Below are positions 44,916-54,853 of a stretch of 64,000 nucleotides of DNA, one piece after another. The position numbers and the translations under genes are program-made. The stretch spans positions 8,737 to 72,736 of the forward strand of contig DATDVD010000032.1 of NCBI GenBank assembly GCA_035290065.1. Direction: 5' to 3'. The notes under the pieces are model-generated. The model did no database searches. It saw nothing but the letters and a program-made list of their open reading frames with translations, and was not told the origin of the DNA. Within the stretch, counting starts at the first letter, position 1, and the number at the start of each line of letters is the position of its first letter. This DNA comes from Coxiellaceae bacterium. Lineage in GTDB: Bacteria; Pseudomonadota; Gammaproteobacteria; Coxiellales; Coxiellaceae.

Positions 44916-45996
44916 GAGAGTGATAAAGGTGATCCCAAGTTAAAGGCTGATTAGCTTTTATCGGTTTATTGATACGACATCCTTCGATCATATCCCATTT
45001 TTCGACAGGAATACCTAAGCAGGGAAACGCAAAGCGTATGGTCTCATAATTAATTTTATCACCGGATTTTAAATCTTTTTTAGCTACCAAACACTGACGT
45101 TGGGAAGAGCCTATTACTCCTTTGATGGGTTGACTCATATCACGATGATAATTTCCCAATGCTTGCCACACATCGTATACTTTATGCAGCACGGACTCGA
45201 GTTGATCAATGCCCATCGCATGCACAATATCCTGGTCTAATTCATTAGGATCCGTATAAATGCCTTTTTCCAAGACAACTGCGCCTAGCGCAATGGCTGC
45301 ATATAACATTTCTACACCTTTATAATGATCAGACAAACCGACGGGAACACCAAAACACTGTTGGTAAGTTTCCAGAATCCGAAGATTGTGGGCCTCAGGT
45401 AAGGCGGGATGACCATCCGGGCTATGCTGCACGATAATTGCCTGACAGCCTGCTTTTCTAGCTGTATCCACCGCTGTAAACACTTCTGCCAAGGTAGCAC
45501 GTCCTGTATCAATCACCATCGGAAGGCCCAGTCTCGCCACGTGACGTATTAAAGGAATATGGACCACATTCGCTGAAGCAATTTTCAAGCTACTGGCTCC
45601 TTGTGCTTTAGCAAAATCAGCTGCTTCAAAATCATAGACAGATACAATAAAAGGAACTTTTGATTGCCTTAGGAGTTCAAATAATTGTGCATAATGCTCA
45701 AGGCTCATGCATTTCCGTTCTATTAATGCCCGATAATTTTCGACCTTGATATGGCCTTCCTTATCACAATAGGTTTCATTTAATGCGCTTGGAATACAAA
45801 TATCCGAGTTGCTGAGAATTTCGGTTTTTAGTACGGCAGGCTGATGCGATACTTGCGAGAAAATTGCAATAATACGCTGTACCAAATCCTTGGCTAACTT
45901 TAAATCCCCATTAAAATAACTACCTACTTCTGCAAAAACTAAAGGGGGATGAGCTTCTCCTACTAGAAATTGTCCGAATGTTATTTCATTTTTCAT
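44887..45996 (-). CDS. divergent NeuB-family (PEP-condensing ulosonic acid synthase-like) protein with a SAF domain
   Basis: The overall NeuB layout and GLSDH block are kept, but AEAGVNHNG is replaced by AEVGSYFNG, KFQ by KTE and EKHFT by EKGIYT. A C-terminal SAF-like domain is present. Confidence 0.65.
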   Translation of the reverse strand: MKNEITFGQFLVGEAHPPLVFAEVGSYFNGDLKLAKDLVQRIIAIFSQVSHQPAVLKTEILSNSDICIPSALNETYCDKEGHIKVENYRALIERKCMSLEHYAQLFELLRQSKVPFIVSVYDFEAADFAKAQGASSLKIASANVVHIPLIRHVARLGLPMVIDTGRATLAEVFTAVDTARKAGCQAIIVQHSPDGHPALPEAHNLRILETYQQCFGVPVGLSDHYKGVEMLYAAIALGAVVLEKGIYTDPNELDQDIVHAMGIDQLESVLHKVYDVWQALGNYHRDMSQPIKGVIGSSQRQCLVAKKDLKSGDKINYETIRFAFPCLGIPVEKWDMIEGCRINKPIKANQPLTWDHLYHSHASKLSCVD

Positions 45997-46006
45997 AGTA
46001 TTGACC

Positions 46007-46741
46007 TTAACCCAATTTGGTAACCTTAATAAAGTAATGATCGATTAATAATTTCAATCCATTGGTAAGTTGTCGCGAACGAGAAGCTGTGGTCATAGTC
46101 CACGTCCGGACAGGATCCTCTCGTCTAGGCAAATCCAGTGTGACTTCGAATTTTTCAAAGGCGAAGGCACATGAATAACTAGAAAGGATATCGTGCATTG
46201 TTTCTAAGCTATATATATTCCAACCTTTTTCCCATGACCCTACTCTTGCATTGATCCGTTTTCTATGAATAGTAATGAGGTCCACGCCGTATTCATTTAA
46301 GGGGGAAAAAATATATATCTTTCCACCCGGTTTGGCAGCAGACAGTATATTTTCCCAGAAGGTAACTAATTCTTTTTCATCAAAAATAGACATAACGCCT
46401 ACAGCCGTTATCAAATCAAATTTTTCTGTCATTTCCAATGGAAAATTTAAAACAGATTGATTTAAAAAAGTATGCTTTGGCAAAACATTTTTTGCCTTAT
46501 CCAGTAAGGCATCAAAAATATCTACTCCAGTGAAATGAAAATTAGAATAGTGATTAGATAAGAAATGAATTAACTCCCCCGTTGCACACCCAATATCTAA
46601 ACAATGGCTATTGTTCGGCAATTTATCTTGCTCAACCATATGCAAAAGTCGAAGAAAGGACTGCTTTGGTTGAGAAGACCACTCTTCTTGAATATAATGA
46701 TAATAATTTTTATAACGTGCTTCGTTTTTCTGATTGATCAT
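46007..46741 (-). CDS. class I SAM-dependent methyltransferase
   Basis: SAM motif I CLDIGCATGEL and the post-I/II acidic residues (FTGVDIF). Confidence 0.75.
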   Translation of the reverse strand: MINQKNEARYKNYYHYIQEEWSSQPKQSFLRLLHMVEQDKLPNNSHCLDIGCATGELIHFLSNHYSNFHFTGVDIFDALLDKAKNVLPKHTFLNQSVLNFPLEMTEKFDLITAVGVMSIFDEKELVTFWENILSAAKPGGKIYIFSPLNEYGVDLITIHRKRINARVGSWEKGWNIYSLETMHDILSSYSCAFAFEKFEVTLDLPRREDPVRTWTMTTASRSRQLTNGLKLLIDHYFIKVTKLG

Positions 46742-47459
46742 TGCAATGTTCTTTCATTATTAATTCAGCTAATTGAAAATTGATCTGATTATCAATATCA
46801 ATACTCTCTTCTTTTTTCATAAAATAAGCCATACAAGGCCGCTGATAAAAATTAAATGTTTTTAGAAATCCTTTTACTGTAACCGCATAAATAGCACCAT
46901 TTTGTTGATATACCTTGGGCAATTGCTGCATTTGAGCTTCCATAGCCACATCATCTACAAACGGTTCAATAGCATCTTGATTGATCATTACTGCTTTAGC
47001 AGGATGAGTCTCCACCTCGCAGACACTCATTCCACTAGCCCATTCACCTTGCAAAAAAGTGTGCAAACATGCCGTAAGATGATACTCTGTCCTTAAAGGG
47101 GAAGTAGGCTGTAACAAAACGATTGTGTTAAACTGTTGATTAAGCGCTGCATAATGTTGCAGAACGTGCAGAACTACATCGTTGTTTCGAATCTTATCTT
47201 TTGATAAATCTGAGGGGCGATCCACTACCTCAGCACCTTCCCTAAGTGCCACCTGTTTAATGAAGAGATCGTCTGTAGAAACCACCACTTTATCAATCAA
47301 TCGACAATTCAGCGCTGCCATTATTGTATAAGAAACCATGGGTTTTCCTGCTAGTAATAGTTTATTTTTTTGAGGGAGACGCCTAGAAAAACCTTTAGCA
47401 GGAATAATCGCTAAAATAGGCTGTCGATTTTTTTGCAGACAGGATTCACGTGAAGGCAT
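46710..47459 (-). CDS. acylneuraminate cytidylyltransferase-family (CMP-ulosonic acid synthetase) enzyme, copy 1
   Basis: ILAIIPAKGFSRRLPQKNKLLLAGKPMVSYTI, LLQPTSPLR and QQNGAIY blocks of the CTP_transf_3 family. Confidence 0.8.
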   Translation of the reverse strand: MPSRESCLQKNRQPILAIIPAKGFSRRLPQKNKLLLAGKPMVSYTIMAALNCRLIDKVVVSTDDLFIKQVALREGAEVVDRPSDLSKDKIRNNDVVLHVLQHYAALNQQFNTIVLLQPTSPLRTEYHLTACLHTFLQGEWASGMSVCEVETHPAKAVMINQDAIEPFVDDVAMEAQMQQLPKVYQQNGAIYAVTVKGFLKTFNFYQRPCMAYFMKKEESIDIDNQINFQLAELIMKEHCNDQSEKRSTL

Positions 47460-49251
47460 ATTTTTTTATTAACCCTTGAAATAAACCTTCTGTATTACAC
47501 AGTGTTTCAAATTTTCCTTCCGTAATAATCTTGCCCTGTTCAAGCACATATATCCAATCACAGTTCTTTAAAGTATGTAAACGATGTGATACAAAAACAA
47601 TAGTTTTTTTAGGCCTGAGCGACATGACTCGATTTAAGATATTTTCTTCTAATTCTAAATCTAAATTTGCCGTTGCCTCATCCAAAATTAAAACATCCGG
47701 ATTTAAATACAAAGCGCGAGCAATGCCAATTCGTTGTCGCTGCCCACCGGATAGCGTTAAACCATTCTCACCAATAGGCTGATATAAATAATCCTCTCCT
47801 CGTAATGCACAATCCTCCAATTCTACTAAAAGCATTAACTCTCGCACCCTAGAAATATCAATATCGTTAGGTTCTATCCCATATGCAACATTACTGATGA
47901 TGGAATCTGGAAGAATATAGGTGCTTTGTGGAACATAGCCTACATTATTAAGCCATTTCTTTTTTATCGCGATAGAACTTAAATTCATGCCATCTATTAC
48001 AATTTGCCCATCAGAAGGATCTATCAACCCAGTCAATAAATTGACCAGTGTCGATTTTCCAGCCGCTGATTTTCCTGCAAGACCAACGAACTGGCCTGCA
48101 TGGATGACAATATTAATATTTGAAAAAATCTTCGGGCTATCTTTTTTGTACTGATAACATACATTAGAAAAAACAATCTTCTCTTGAAAAAGAAGCCTAT
48201 CTTGAGTAGCAAAAGAAGAACAAATATCAGATTCCTTTTCATATTTTGATAAATCTGTGGCAATAATGTTTAAATATTCAAGGCCACCACCTAATAGCTG
48301 CATTCCTGAAAAAATTCTATTAATCTGAGGAAGCATCCTAAACATAATCATGAGTAAAACTGTTAGCACGGAAAAAGCATGAGCGTGGTCATTTCTATGT
48401 AAATAAAATAATATTAAAACCAATATACCCACCATAACTCCTGCTTCCAAAACGAGAGGAGGGAAAAAAGAAAGAAATTGCCCTATATGTTTATGAGAAT
48501 AATTCTTTTCTTCCAAAAATGAAAATATATTAATAAAAAAATCTTCTTTCCCAAATATTTTTATTTCTCGTATCGAACTAAAGGATTTAGATAAGGTTTT
48601 TTGCTTTTCCTGGTGAACTTCCTGAGCTTCCTTTTGTAGTTTTTTATTTTTATCTTTAAAAAGAAAATAAAAAAATGCTAAAGGGATTAATAAAGCGGAC
48701 ATTAACAATGCCCCTTGTGGAAAAACCATACAAAGCAACACAACAAGCCCTGTCATAATTGAACTTGCAACAATAATATTAAAAATGGGCATCACATAGT
48801 GATCAAAAACTAATCCTGCTGTTGAAATGTTTCGAATACCATCTGCTGAACCTTGTTCTATATGAAACTGATAATTTGCGTAAAGATACATTTTCATCAG
48901 TCGATTACTTAATTTCGTTTTCCAATCAATCAATAACTTCATTTGAAAATAACGAAATGAAATCATATAGCCTATTCTGAATAAAATTAAAGCTACAATA
49001 GATGAAAGAAAAACAGCACTCAGTGTATGCTCGTTCGTAATATGCATTACCCTGATGACCCATGCTAATGATCTAAAATTATGGATGGCTTCTGGCTTTA
49101 TCAAGAGATAAATAAAAGGAAAAATCAGGGCAATACCAACAGCTTCTATAATGCCTGAAAATATACTCATGCATACCAGGCCAATGACTTTGACTTTTTT
49201 GCTTTTGAACTCGTTTACTAAAAAACGGCTTGCTGCTTTATTGAGAATCAT
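47446..49251 (-). CDS. fused TMD-NBD ABC exporter (MsbA/PglK-like architecture)
   Basis: Six N-terminal TM helices. All NBD motifs are canonical: GKSAAGKST, LSGGQRQRIGIARAL, LILDEATANLD and VSHRL. Confidence 0.87.
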   Translation of the reverse strand: MILNKAASRFLVNEFKSKKVKVIGLVCMSIFSGIIEAVGIALIFPFIYLLIKPEAIHNFRSLAWVIRVMHITNEHTLSAVFLSSIVALILFRIGYMISFRYFQMKLLIDWKTKLSNRLMKMYLYANYQFHIEQGSADGIRNISTAGLVFDHYVMPIFNIIVASSIMTGLVVLLCMVFPQGALLMSALLIPLAFFYFLFKDKNKKLQKEAQEVHQEKQKTLSKSFSSIREIKIFGKEDFFINIFSFLEEKNYSHKHIGQFLSFFPPLVLEAGVMVGILVLILFYLHRNDHAHAFSVLTVLLMIMFRMLPQINRIFSGMQLLGGGLEYLNIIATDLSKYEKESDICSSFATQDRLLFQEKIVFSNVCYQYKKDSPKIFSNINIVIHAGQFVGLAGKSAAGKSTLVNLLTGLIDPSDGQIVIDGMNLSSIAIKKKWLNNVGYVPQSTYILPDSIISNVAYGIEPNDIDISRVRELMLLVELEDCALRGEDYLYQPIGENGLTLSGGQRQRIGIARALYLNPDVLILDEATANLDLELEENILNRVMSLRPKKTIVFVSHRLHTLKNCDWIYVLEQGKIITEGKFETLCNTEGLFQGLIKKYAFT

Positions 49252-50561
49252 ACAGTTTTATAGACAGCGTGGCGTAATGTCCATCTATTTTCCGTCCATC
49301 GCCACAAATGAGGAGATCTAAATCGATTAGTGAGTGCTTCAAGATATTTTCGATCAAAAGGAGGATGTTCCAGTTTTTTATAAGCTATAGGGAATTCTTT
49401 TTCTGGAATGCTCAAATAGGAAAAATTTTCGGACTCAAATCGGTCCGAATACTCCCCATCAAATCGTTTAACCAATGCAATGCCTTCTTCACGCGTAATT
49501 TCTCCGCATCGAATTTCTTGGGAAGAGTCATACGTAGCACGCCCAATACCAAATTTAATGAATGTGGTGTAATAATGTAAATCATCCATTTTATCATCGA
49601 TACTGCTGTATTTGCTGTAGGTCCCTGCTGTTCGTTCAGGCGCTGGTTTAAATCCCCCTTTTTCCATGGCATAATAATAACAGCCTTGTGGATGCCAAGG
49701 TAAATAATATCCCAAGTAATGCACTTCGATTTTTTTAGCGTTCAATGTCTCTGGGTGAGTAGGTAAATAAGGTTCAAGATCTATTAAGGTTAATCCAAAA
49801 TCTCGCTGAAGTTCCTGTACATGGACGCCAGCCAAATAAGTCTCGAAGATATTTGAGGAAGTAAAATAACGAAAATCTTTGGTAGGCTTTTCCCCTTCTT
49901 CAATAGCATTTCCATATTCCATCGGGTTTTCACCATAGAATACAAGTGGAATATTTAATTGAGCGGCTAGTTTAGGTGGAAAATACATTTGGCCCACAAT
50001 AAAAGGCTGGAAGGGATGAAATAATTTTTCCAACGCTAATCGGGTCAATAAACGATGCACACGCCCATTGGGTGTAAACAAATAATTATCAAATCCCGCG
50101 TGAATCCAAGCCTGAAAATTTTTCCATCCCCATTCTGTGTAAATATGAGGAGCCCACGTCACCGTGAGAGGATTCATTCCATATTCATATTTTAATTTAT
50201 GAGCTGCATAAAAACTGTCTTTTCCTCCCGAGCCTGGCACTAAACAATCATAGTGGCCATCCGTTCGACGATATCGGTCACATAATTCTCGCAATAATTT
50301 TTTCCTCGCTACCCAATCAGTGGACTTTTTTCTCTCTGCTACCGAACACGCAGAACAAACACCTTCGTTATTAAAATTCACGGTGGGTTTTTTAGTTTGA
50401 ATAGTATGCTTAAATTCTCGCTCAGAATTCGGTTTTTGATTGCTATAGGTGCACCGTTTGCAAAATTGCACATGAGGAGGCAAGCCATACAAGGCTACTA
50501 AGCCATTTTCTTTCTGGTAATCCTGTACATTAATGTTTTCTGGATAACTAACCATCGACAT
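49248..50561 (-). CDS. N-acetyl sugar amidotransferase (PP-loop ATP pyrophosphatase; WbuX/PtmG-type)
   Basis: N-terminal Cys pairs (CKRCTYSN...CSACS) and the PP-loop VPGSGGKDSFYAA. ATGA overlap with the ABC gene. Confidence 0.8.
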   Translation of the reverse strand: MSMVSYPENINVQDYQKENGLVALYGLPPHVQFCKRCTYSNQKPNSEREFKHTIQTKKPTVNFNNEGVCSACSVAERKKSTDWVARKKLLRELCDRYRRTDGHYDCLVPGSGGKDSFYAAHKLKYEYGMNPLTVTWAPHIYTEWGWKNFQAWIHAGFDNYLFTPNGRVHRLLTRLALEKLFHPFQPFIVGQMYFPPKLAAQLNIPLVFYGENPMEYGNAIEEGEKPTKDFRYFTSSNIFETYLAGVHVQELQRDFGLTLIDLEPYLPTHPETLNAKKIEVHYLGYYLPWHPQGCYYYAMEKGGFKPAPERTAGTYSKYSSIDDKMDDLHYYTTFIKFGIGRATYDSSQEIRCGEITREEGIALVKRFDGEYSDRFESENFSYLSIPEKEFPIAYKKLEHPPFDRKYLEALTNRFRSPHLWRWTENRWTLRHAVYKTV

Positions 50562-50582
50562 TGCTTTTTCCTCAATCTTTCT

Positions 50583-51395
50583 TTACCAACAACTTAAACC
50601 ACCGTCTACCACAATACGTTGCCCTGTTACATAACTTGATGCCTCAGAGGCTAAAAATAATAAAGCGCCTGTTAATTCGGAAGGTTCGGCCATTCTAGCC
50701 AGCGGTACCCGTGCCGCATAATTTTGCTGGAACCGATTGTTTTGACCACTGGCCACCCCTCCTGGCACTAACGTATTTACACGAATACGATGAGGAGCCC
50801 AATAAGTGGCTAAGTATTGTGTTAACCCTATTACACCTGCTTTCGAGGCTGAATACACCGCCGGTGTATTAATTTCCATGCCTAAATAACAAGAGCCTTC
50901 ATAAATGCGCTGATCAGGCGCCACCATACCATAAATAGAAGCGGTTTGAATAATGCTGCCGCCCAAATCCTGTTTCAGCATTTGTTTTCCTACCGCTTGT
51001 GCAACCAGAAACATGCCGTCTAGATTAACCGACATGATGTCTCTCCACGTTTCCAAAGAATATTCTTCAAACGGTGTAAAAAATGCTTCTAAATCATTGC
51101 CTTTTGTAGCAGCATTGTTATGCAAGATATGAATAGCACCAAAATGATCGGCCACTTCGCCAACCATATTTTTCACACTCTTTGAATCCGCTACGTTACA
51201 AGCCATGGCTTTCAAGGTTGCATGAGGGAATTCCCGCAAGAGCGTGGTGACACATTCTTCCGCTCGTGTTCCATCAATGTCCACCACCGCCACCTTGACA
51301 GAAGCACTCACTAGTGCCCGACAAAATTCCTGTCCTAGAACCCCACCTCCTCCTGTCACAATGGCACATTTATCTTTCAAATCAGGATAGCACAC
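50583..51395 (-). CDS. short-chain dehydrogenase/reductase (SDR)
   Basis: TGGGGVLG cofactor motif, YSASK catalytic motif, GTG start. Confidence 0.85.
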   Translation of the reverse strand: MCYPDLKDKCAIVTGGGGVLGQEFCRALVSASVKVAVVDIDGTRAEECVTTLLREFPHATLKAMACNVADSKSVKNMVGEVADHFGAIHILHNNAATKGNDLEAFFTPFEEYSLETWRDIMSVNLDGMFLVAQAVGKQMLKQDLGGSIIQTASIYGMVAPDQRIYEGSCYLGMEINTPAVYSASKAGVIGLTQYLATYWAPHRIRVNTLVPGGVASGQNNRFQQNYAARVPLARMAEPSELTGALLFLASEASSYVTGQRIVVDGGLSCW

Positions 51396-52296
51396 AAGAA
51401 AGCTCCGCCGTTTGTCCTGGTATTAAAGAGTGACCTACTCTTAACACTTCTATGATTTGCGAAACTTGTTTCGGATCAATGGGAGGTTGCCGATCCTTTA
51501 CCATCTGAAAAAACCGAATCAATAAACGTTTAAAGGCAGAAAAATTATCGGTCAATTGGCATTCAAATAAACCTTTTCTACCGTAAATAGATAAATGGAA
51601 TACTTTGGCCACTGCGCCTAAACACGATAAATTAAACACCAAACCACTTTCAAGCTGCATTGAAAAACAGTCATAAGGCGCCTGCAATTTTGTAATGCTT
51701 TTTAATGGCCCCCCATGGAAAGCCGCTACAGCATCTAACATATGGACACCGTATTTTAGAAAATCATTGGCGACAACTGCTTGAATTAAGTAAGGGTCTC
51801 CAATACATTCCGGTGATTGTTTAAAAGAATCCAGCTCTTTAGCATAACGAAACGCAGACGTTGACATGCACAGGCCTTTTTCCAGATAAGGCATAAGATA
51901 ATGTAATTCTTGCTCATTAATCGTAAGCGGCTTATCAATAAAAACGGGTAATCCTGCTTGTAAAAAAGGCTTGGCCAAACTAACATGAGATTCATAATCA
52001 TCCCGCGCTATAATAACCGCATCTACTTGAAACACCATCTCTTCTAAAGAATCAACCGCATGAGGAATATAACAGGCTCGGCATAAAAGTTCCGTCTGAG
52101 TTTTATCTTGCGTCCAAGCATGTGTAACGCGAACATCAGGGATACCTATCTCAGAGGGGTTCCGTACATTTAAATAATCTAAAATAACTGCCCAACCCGT
52201 TTTAGAAAATTCGAGAGGATCATAGCCATTAATAATGGCAGAGAAAGAGAAGGGGTGGCCATTTTGCGGGCTATAACCAATGAGGCCTATTTTCAT
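51382..52296 (-). CDS. Gfo/Idh/MocA-like oxidoreductase
   Basis: I placed the start at the ATG at 52296 (MKIGLIGYSPQNG...), which overlaps the upstream SDR stop as TAATG. The listed 52365 start would overlap that gene by 70 nt. Confidence 0.7.
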   Translation of the reverse strand: MKIGLIGYSPQNGHPFSFSAIINGYDPLEFSKTGWAVILDYLNVRNPSEIGIPDVRVTHAWTQDKTQTELLCRACYIPHAVDSLEEMVFQVDAVIIARDDYESHVSLAKPFLQAGLPVFIDKPLTINEQELHYLMPYLEKGLCMSTSAFRYAKELDSFKQSPECIGDPYLIQAVVANDFLKYGVHMLDAVAAFHGGPLKSITKLQAPYDCFSMQLESGLVFNLSCLGAVAKVFHLSIYGRKGLFECQLTDNFSAFKRLLIRFFQMVKDRQPPIDPKQVSQIIEVLRVGHSLIPGQTAELSCVLS

Positions 52297-53117
52297 TACC
52301 ATATGCCCCATCCTCCATCCACGCAAATATTTTGACCTGTAATATAAGCTCCGGCTTCTGAACACAGCAGTGCAACCACACCTTTAAGCTCATACGGTTT
52401 CCCAATGCGGTTTAGCGGGTTTTTTTCGCTTAATCGTCGAATAAATGCGGGGTTTTCTTTCTGAGTGCTCTCGTAGGGAAAAGGCCCAGGGCTCACACAA
52501 TTGACCCGAATAGGGTGCACTGATAAAAAACTCGCTAAATATTTTGTCAGCTGAATGATGCCGGCTTTAGCAGCCCCATAACTGGGTGGATTGGAAAATT
52601 GTTCACTGTCATATAATCGATAATCCGGCGCCACATGTCCATACATAGACGCAATGTTCACGATATTACCTTTTCTTAAGATCAACAAAGGAACAAATGT
52701 TTTAATAGAACGAAACACTCCGTTTAAACACACTTCTATGTCGTCATTCCAATTTTCATCGGTAATCGACTCAAATGTATTTTTTCGCCCAGACCATCCA
52801 CTGTTAATCAGAATATCCAATCCCTCCGGCACTATTTCTCGAACTGCCTGAAAACATATTTCGAGGGATAATTTCTGAGTAATATCCAGCGATAAAGCGA
52901 TATGTGCGCGTGAGTAATGAGCGTTTAACGTCGAAACAAATGCATCACATTTCACTTTATCACGGCTTGCGACTATGACTCTAGCACCCAATTCAGCGAG
53001 CGCATAAGCCATCTCACCGCCTAATAAACCCGCCCCTCCGATAATAAGAGCTGTTTTATTGTTGAGTGAAAATAATTCAGATAACTTCGGGGCATTTTCT
53101 GAATTGGAGTAAGGCAT
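52296..53117 (-). CDS. short-chain dehydrogenase/reductase (SDR)
   Basis: IIGGAGLLG cofactor motif and YGAAK catalytic motif. I prefer the ATG at 53117 to the listed TTG at 53123. Confidence 0.8.
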   Translation of the reverse strand: MPYSNSENAPKLSELFSLNNKTALIIGGAGLLGGEMAYALAELGARVIVASRDKVKCDAFVSTLNAHYSRAHIALSLDITQKLSLEICFQAVREIVPEGLDILINSGWSGRKNTFESITDENWNDDIEVCLNGVFRSIKTFVPLLILRKGNIVNIASMYGHVAPDYRLYDSEQFSNPPSYGAAKAGIIQLTKYLASFLSVHPIRVNCVSPGPFPYESTQKENPAFIRRLSEKNPLNRIGKPYELKGVVALLCSEAGAYITGQNICVDGGWGIW

Positions 53118-53790
53118 TGGCAATTATAAAATCCTCATGGGTATCAATATCAATCATGTTATCGTTCTCAGTAATCACTGCACCAACACGGCCAAACAGT
53201 AACCCTGATATATCTTCCGGCATTCGGTCTAATCTAAACGCATACACAGCTCCATTCAATTGATAGGCAAGGGGTAACTGCTGCCTGGGCAGCCAGGGGA
53301 TGGCTCCCTCAATAAAAGGCTTGGGCGTTATTCCTTCTAATCGCCACGCCCGATGCGGATTTAATGTAGCCAGTTGAAAGGTGGCAATAGAATCTAAATT
53401 TTCTTCTACCAATCGATGGAGACATTGACGAATTAAACTTTCGGTACGAAAAGGGGAAGTGGCCTCTAGCAACACCATGATAGTAGCTTCTTCATTTTCT
53501 TTGCAAAGAACACGGTAAAGATCTTTAATCACATGAGTGATCAATGCGGAATCAGTAGCCAAGTGGGCTGGGCGCTCATATATTTCTGCCCCATAATGTT
53601 TTGACAGCGCGACAATTTTTTCACTGTCTGTTGAAACCAACACACGATCAATTTCTGGGATATTGATCGCCATTTCAATAGGCCATGCTAACAAAGGTTT
53701 CCCACCCAGAGGATGCAAATTCTTGTCTTTTACTGATTTACTGCCGCTACGCAAAGGAATTAATGCAAGAATGCGATGTCCCTTAAACAA
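53077..53790 (-). CDS. acylneuraminate cytidylyltransferase-family (CMP-nonulosonic acid synthetase, LegF/NeuA-like), copy 2
   Basis: ILALIPLRSGSKSVKDKNLHPLGGKPLLAWPI, LLEATSPFR and QLNGAVY blocks. TTG start. Confidence 0.8.
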   Translation of the reverse strand: MFKGHRILALIPLRSGSKSVKDKNLHPLGGKPLLAWPIEMAINIPEIDRVLVSTDSEKIVALSKHYGAEIYERPAHLATDSALITHVIKDLYRVLCKENEEATIMVLLEATSPFRTESLIRQCLHRLVEENLDSIATFQLATLNPHRAWRLEGITPKPFIEGAIPWLPRQQLPLAYQLNGAVYAFRLDRMPEDISGLLFGRVGAVITENDNMIDIDTHEDFIIANALLQFRKCPEVI

Positions 53791-54853
53791 TTAAACTTTC
53801 CTCATTTTCTTGATAAAGGCTTCTTGCATAATTGAGGTCTTCAATTTGGCCAATATCAATCCATTTTTCATACATATAAAAAACATTGACTTCTTTTTCT
53901 TCTTCAATCAAACGTGTGAGTAAATCCGTCATATTTAAAAAGGTATTACTAGGCACAAAAGGCAGCACTTTGGGTGAAATAATATACGTTCCTGCATTAA
54001 TTAAATATTGATAGGTAGGTTTTTCAACAATACTGACAAGCCTATTTTTGTTCTTTTCAATACAGCCGAAAGGAATTTGGTGAGAATAGCTTCTAACACC
54101 AACAGATGCGATAGCACTACTCTCTTTGAAGCCCGTTAATATTCGACAAAAATTCTCATCAGTAATAAGGTCACTGTTGATCACAAGAATAGGGTTTTTT
54201 ACTTCTCGCATTAAAGATAAACATCCTGCTGTACCCAAAGGCTTTTTTTCCTTTAAATAAATAATTGAAACTCCAAATTTTTCGCCATCTCCCAGAAAAT
54301 TCCGAATCATATGGCCCAAATAATTAATGGAAATATAAAATTTCCGAAATCCCTGATGTCGCAATGATTCCAGGATGCGCATAATAACAGGCTTACCTCC
54401 TATTTCGATTAAGGGTTTAGGAATTTTCTTTGTAAATGGTCTCAATCGTTTGCCAATGCCTCCTGCCACCAGTAGAACAGGGTTTTCCAAGATAATAGGA
54501 TCTTCAAAATGGCTATAATAATAAACTTTCGTAACTCTTCCCTTTGAATCAACCATAGGAAGATAATCAATTTCAAATTCTTTCATTTGAAAATATATTT
54601 GATCTATATCTGTAGAGGTTGCATCCAACAACTTGGGATAAGGATTCATAATATCAACGACAGGAGTATGAGAGAGCAATGAGCGCAAAACAGATCGGCG
54701 AATATCGCCATCGGTTACAGTACCTAATAATTTTCCTTGCTCATTACAGATTAATACAATTCTAAATAAGGTATTTTGTATTACATTAGCTGCATCACGA
54801 ATGGTCGCGCTGGGGGTTAATGTTATGTGATGAATATCCTTAATGACATGCAT
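53783..54853 (-). CDS. CBS-domain nucleotidyltransferase (PtmE-like sugar-1-phosphate nucleotidyltransferase)
   Basis: An N-terminal tandem CBS pair is followed by an NTP_transferase domain (LLVAGGIGKRLRPFTKKIPKPL). Confidence 0.8.
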   Translation of the reverse strand: MHVIKDIHHITLTPSATIRDAANVIQNTLFRIVLICNEQGKLLGTVTDGDIRRSVLRSLLSHTPVVDIMNPYPKLLDATSTDIDQIYFQMKEFEIDYLPMVDSKGRVTKVYYYSHFEDPIILENPVLLVAGGIGKRLRPFTKKIPKPLIEIGGKPVIMRILESLRHQGFRKFYISINYLGHMIRNFLGDGEKFGVSIIYLKEKKPLGTAGCLSLMREVKNPILVINSDLITDENFCRILTGFKESSAIASVGVRSYSHQIPFGCIEKNKNRLVSIVEKPTYQYLINAGTYIISPKVLPFVPSNTFLNMTDLLTRLIEEEKEVNVFYMYEKWIDIGQIEDLNYARSLYQENEESLIV

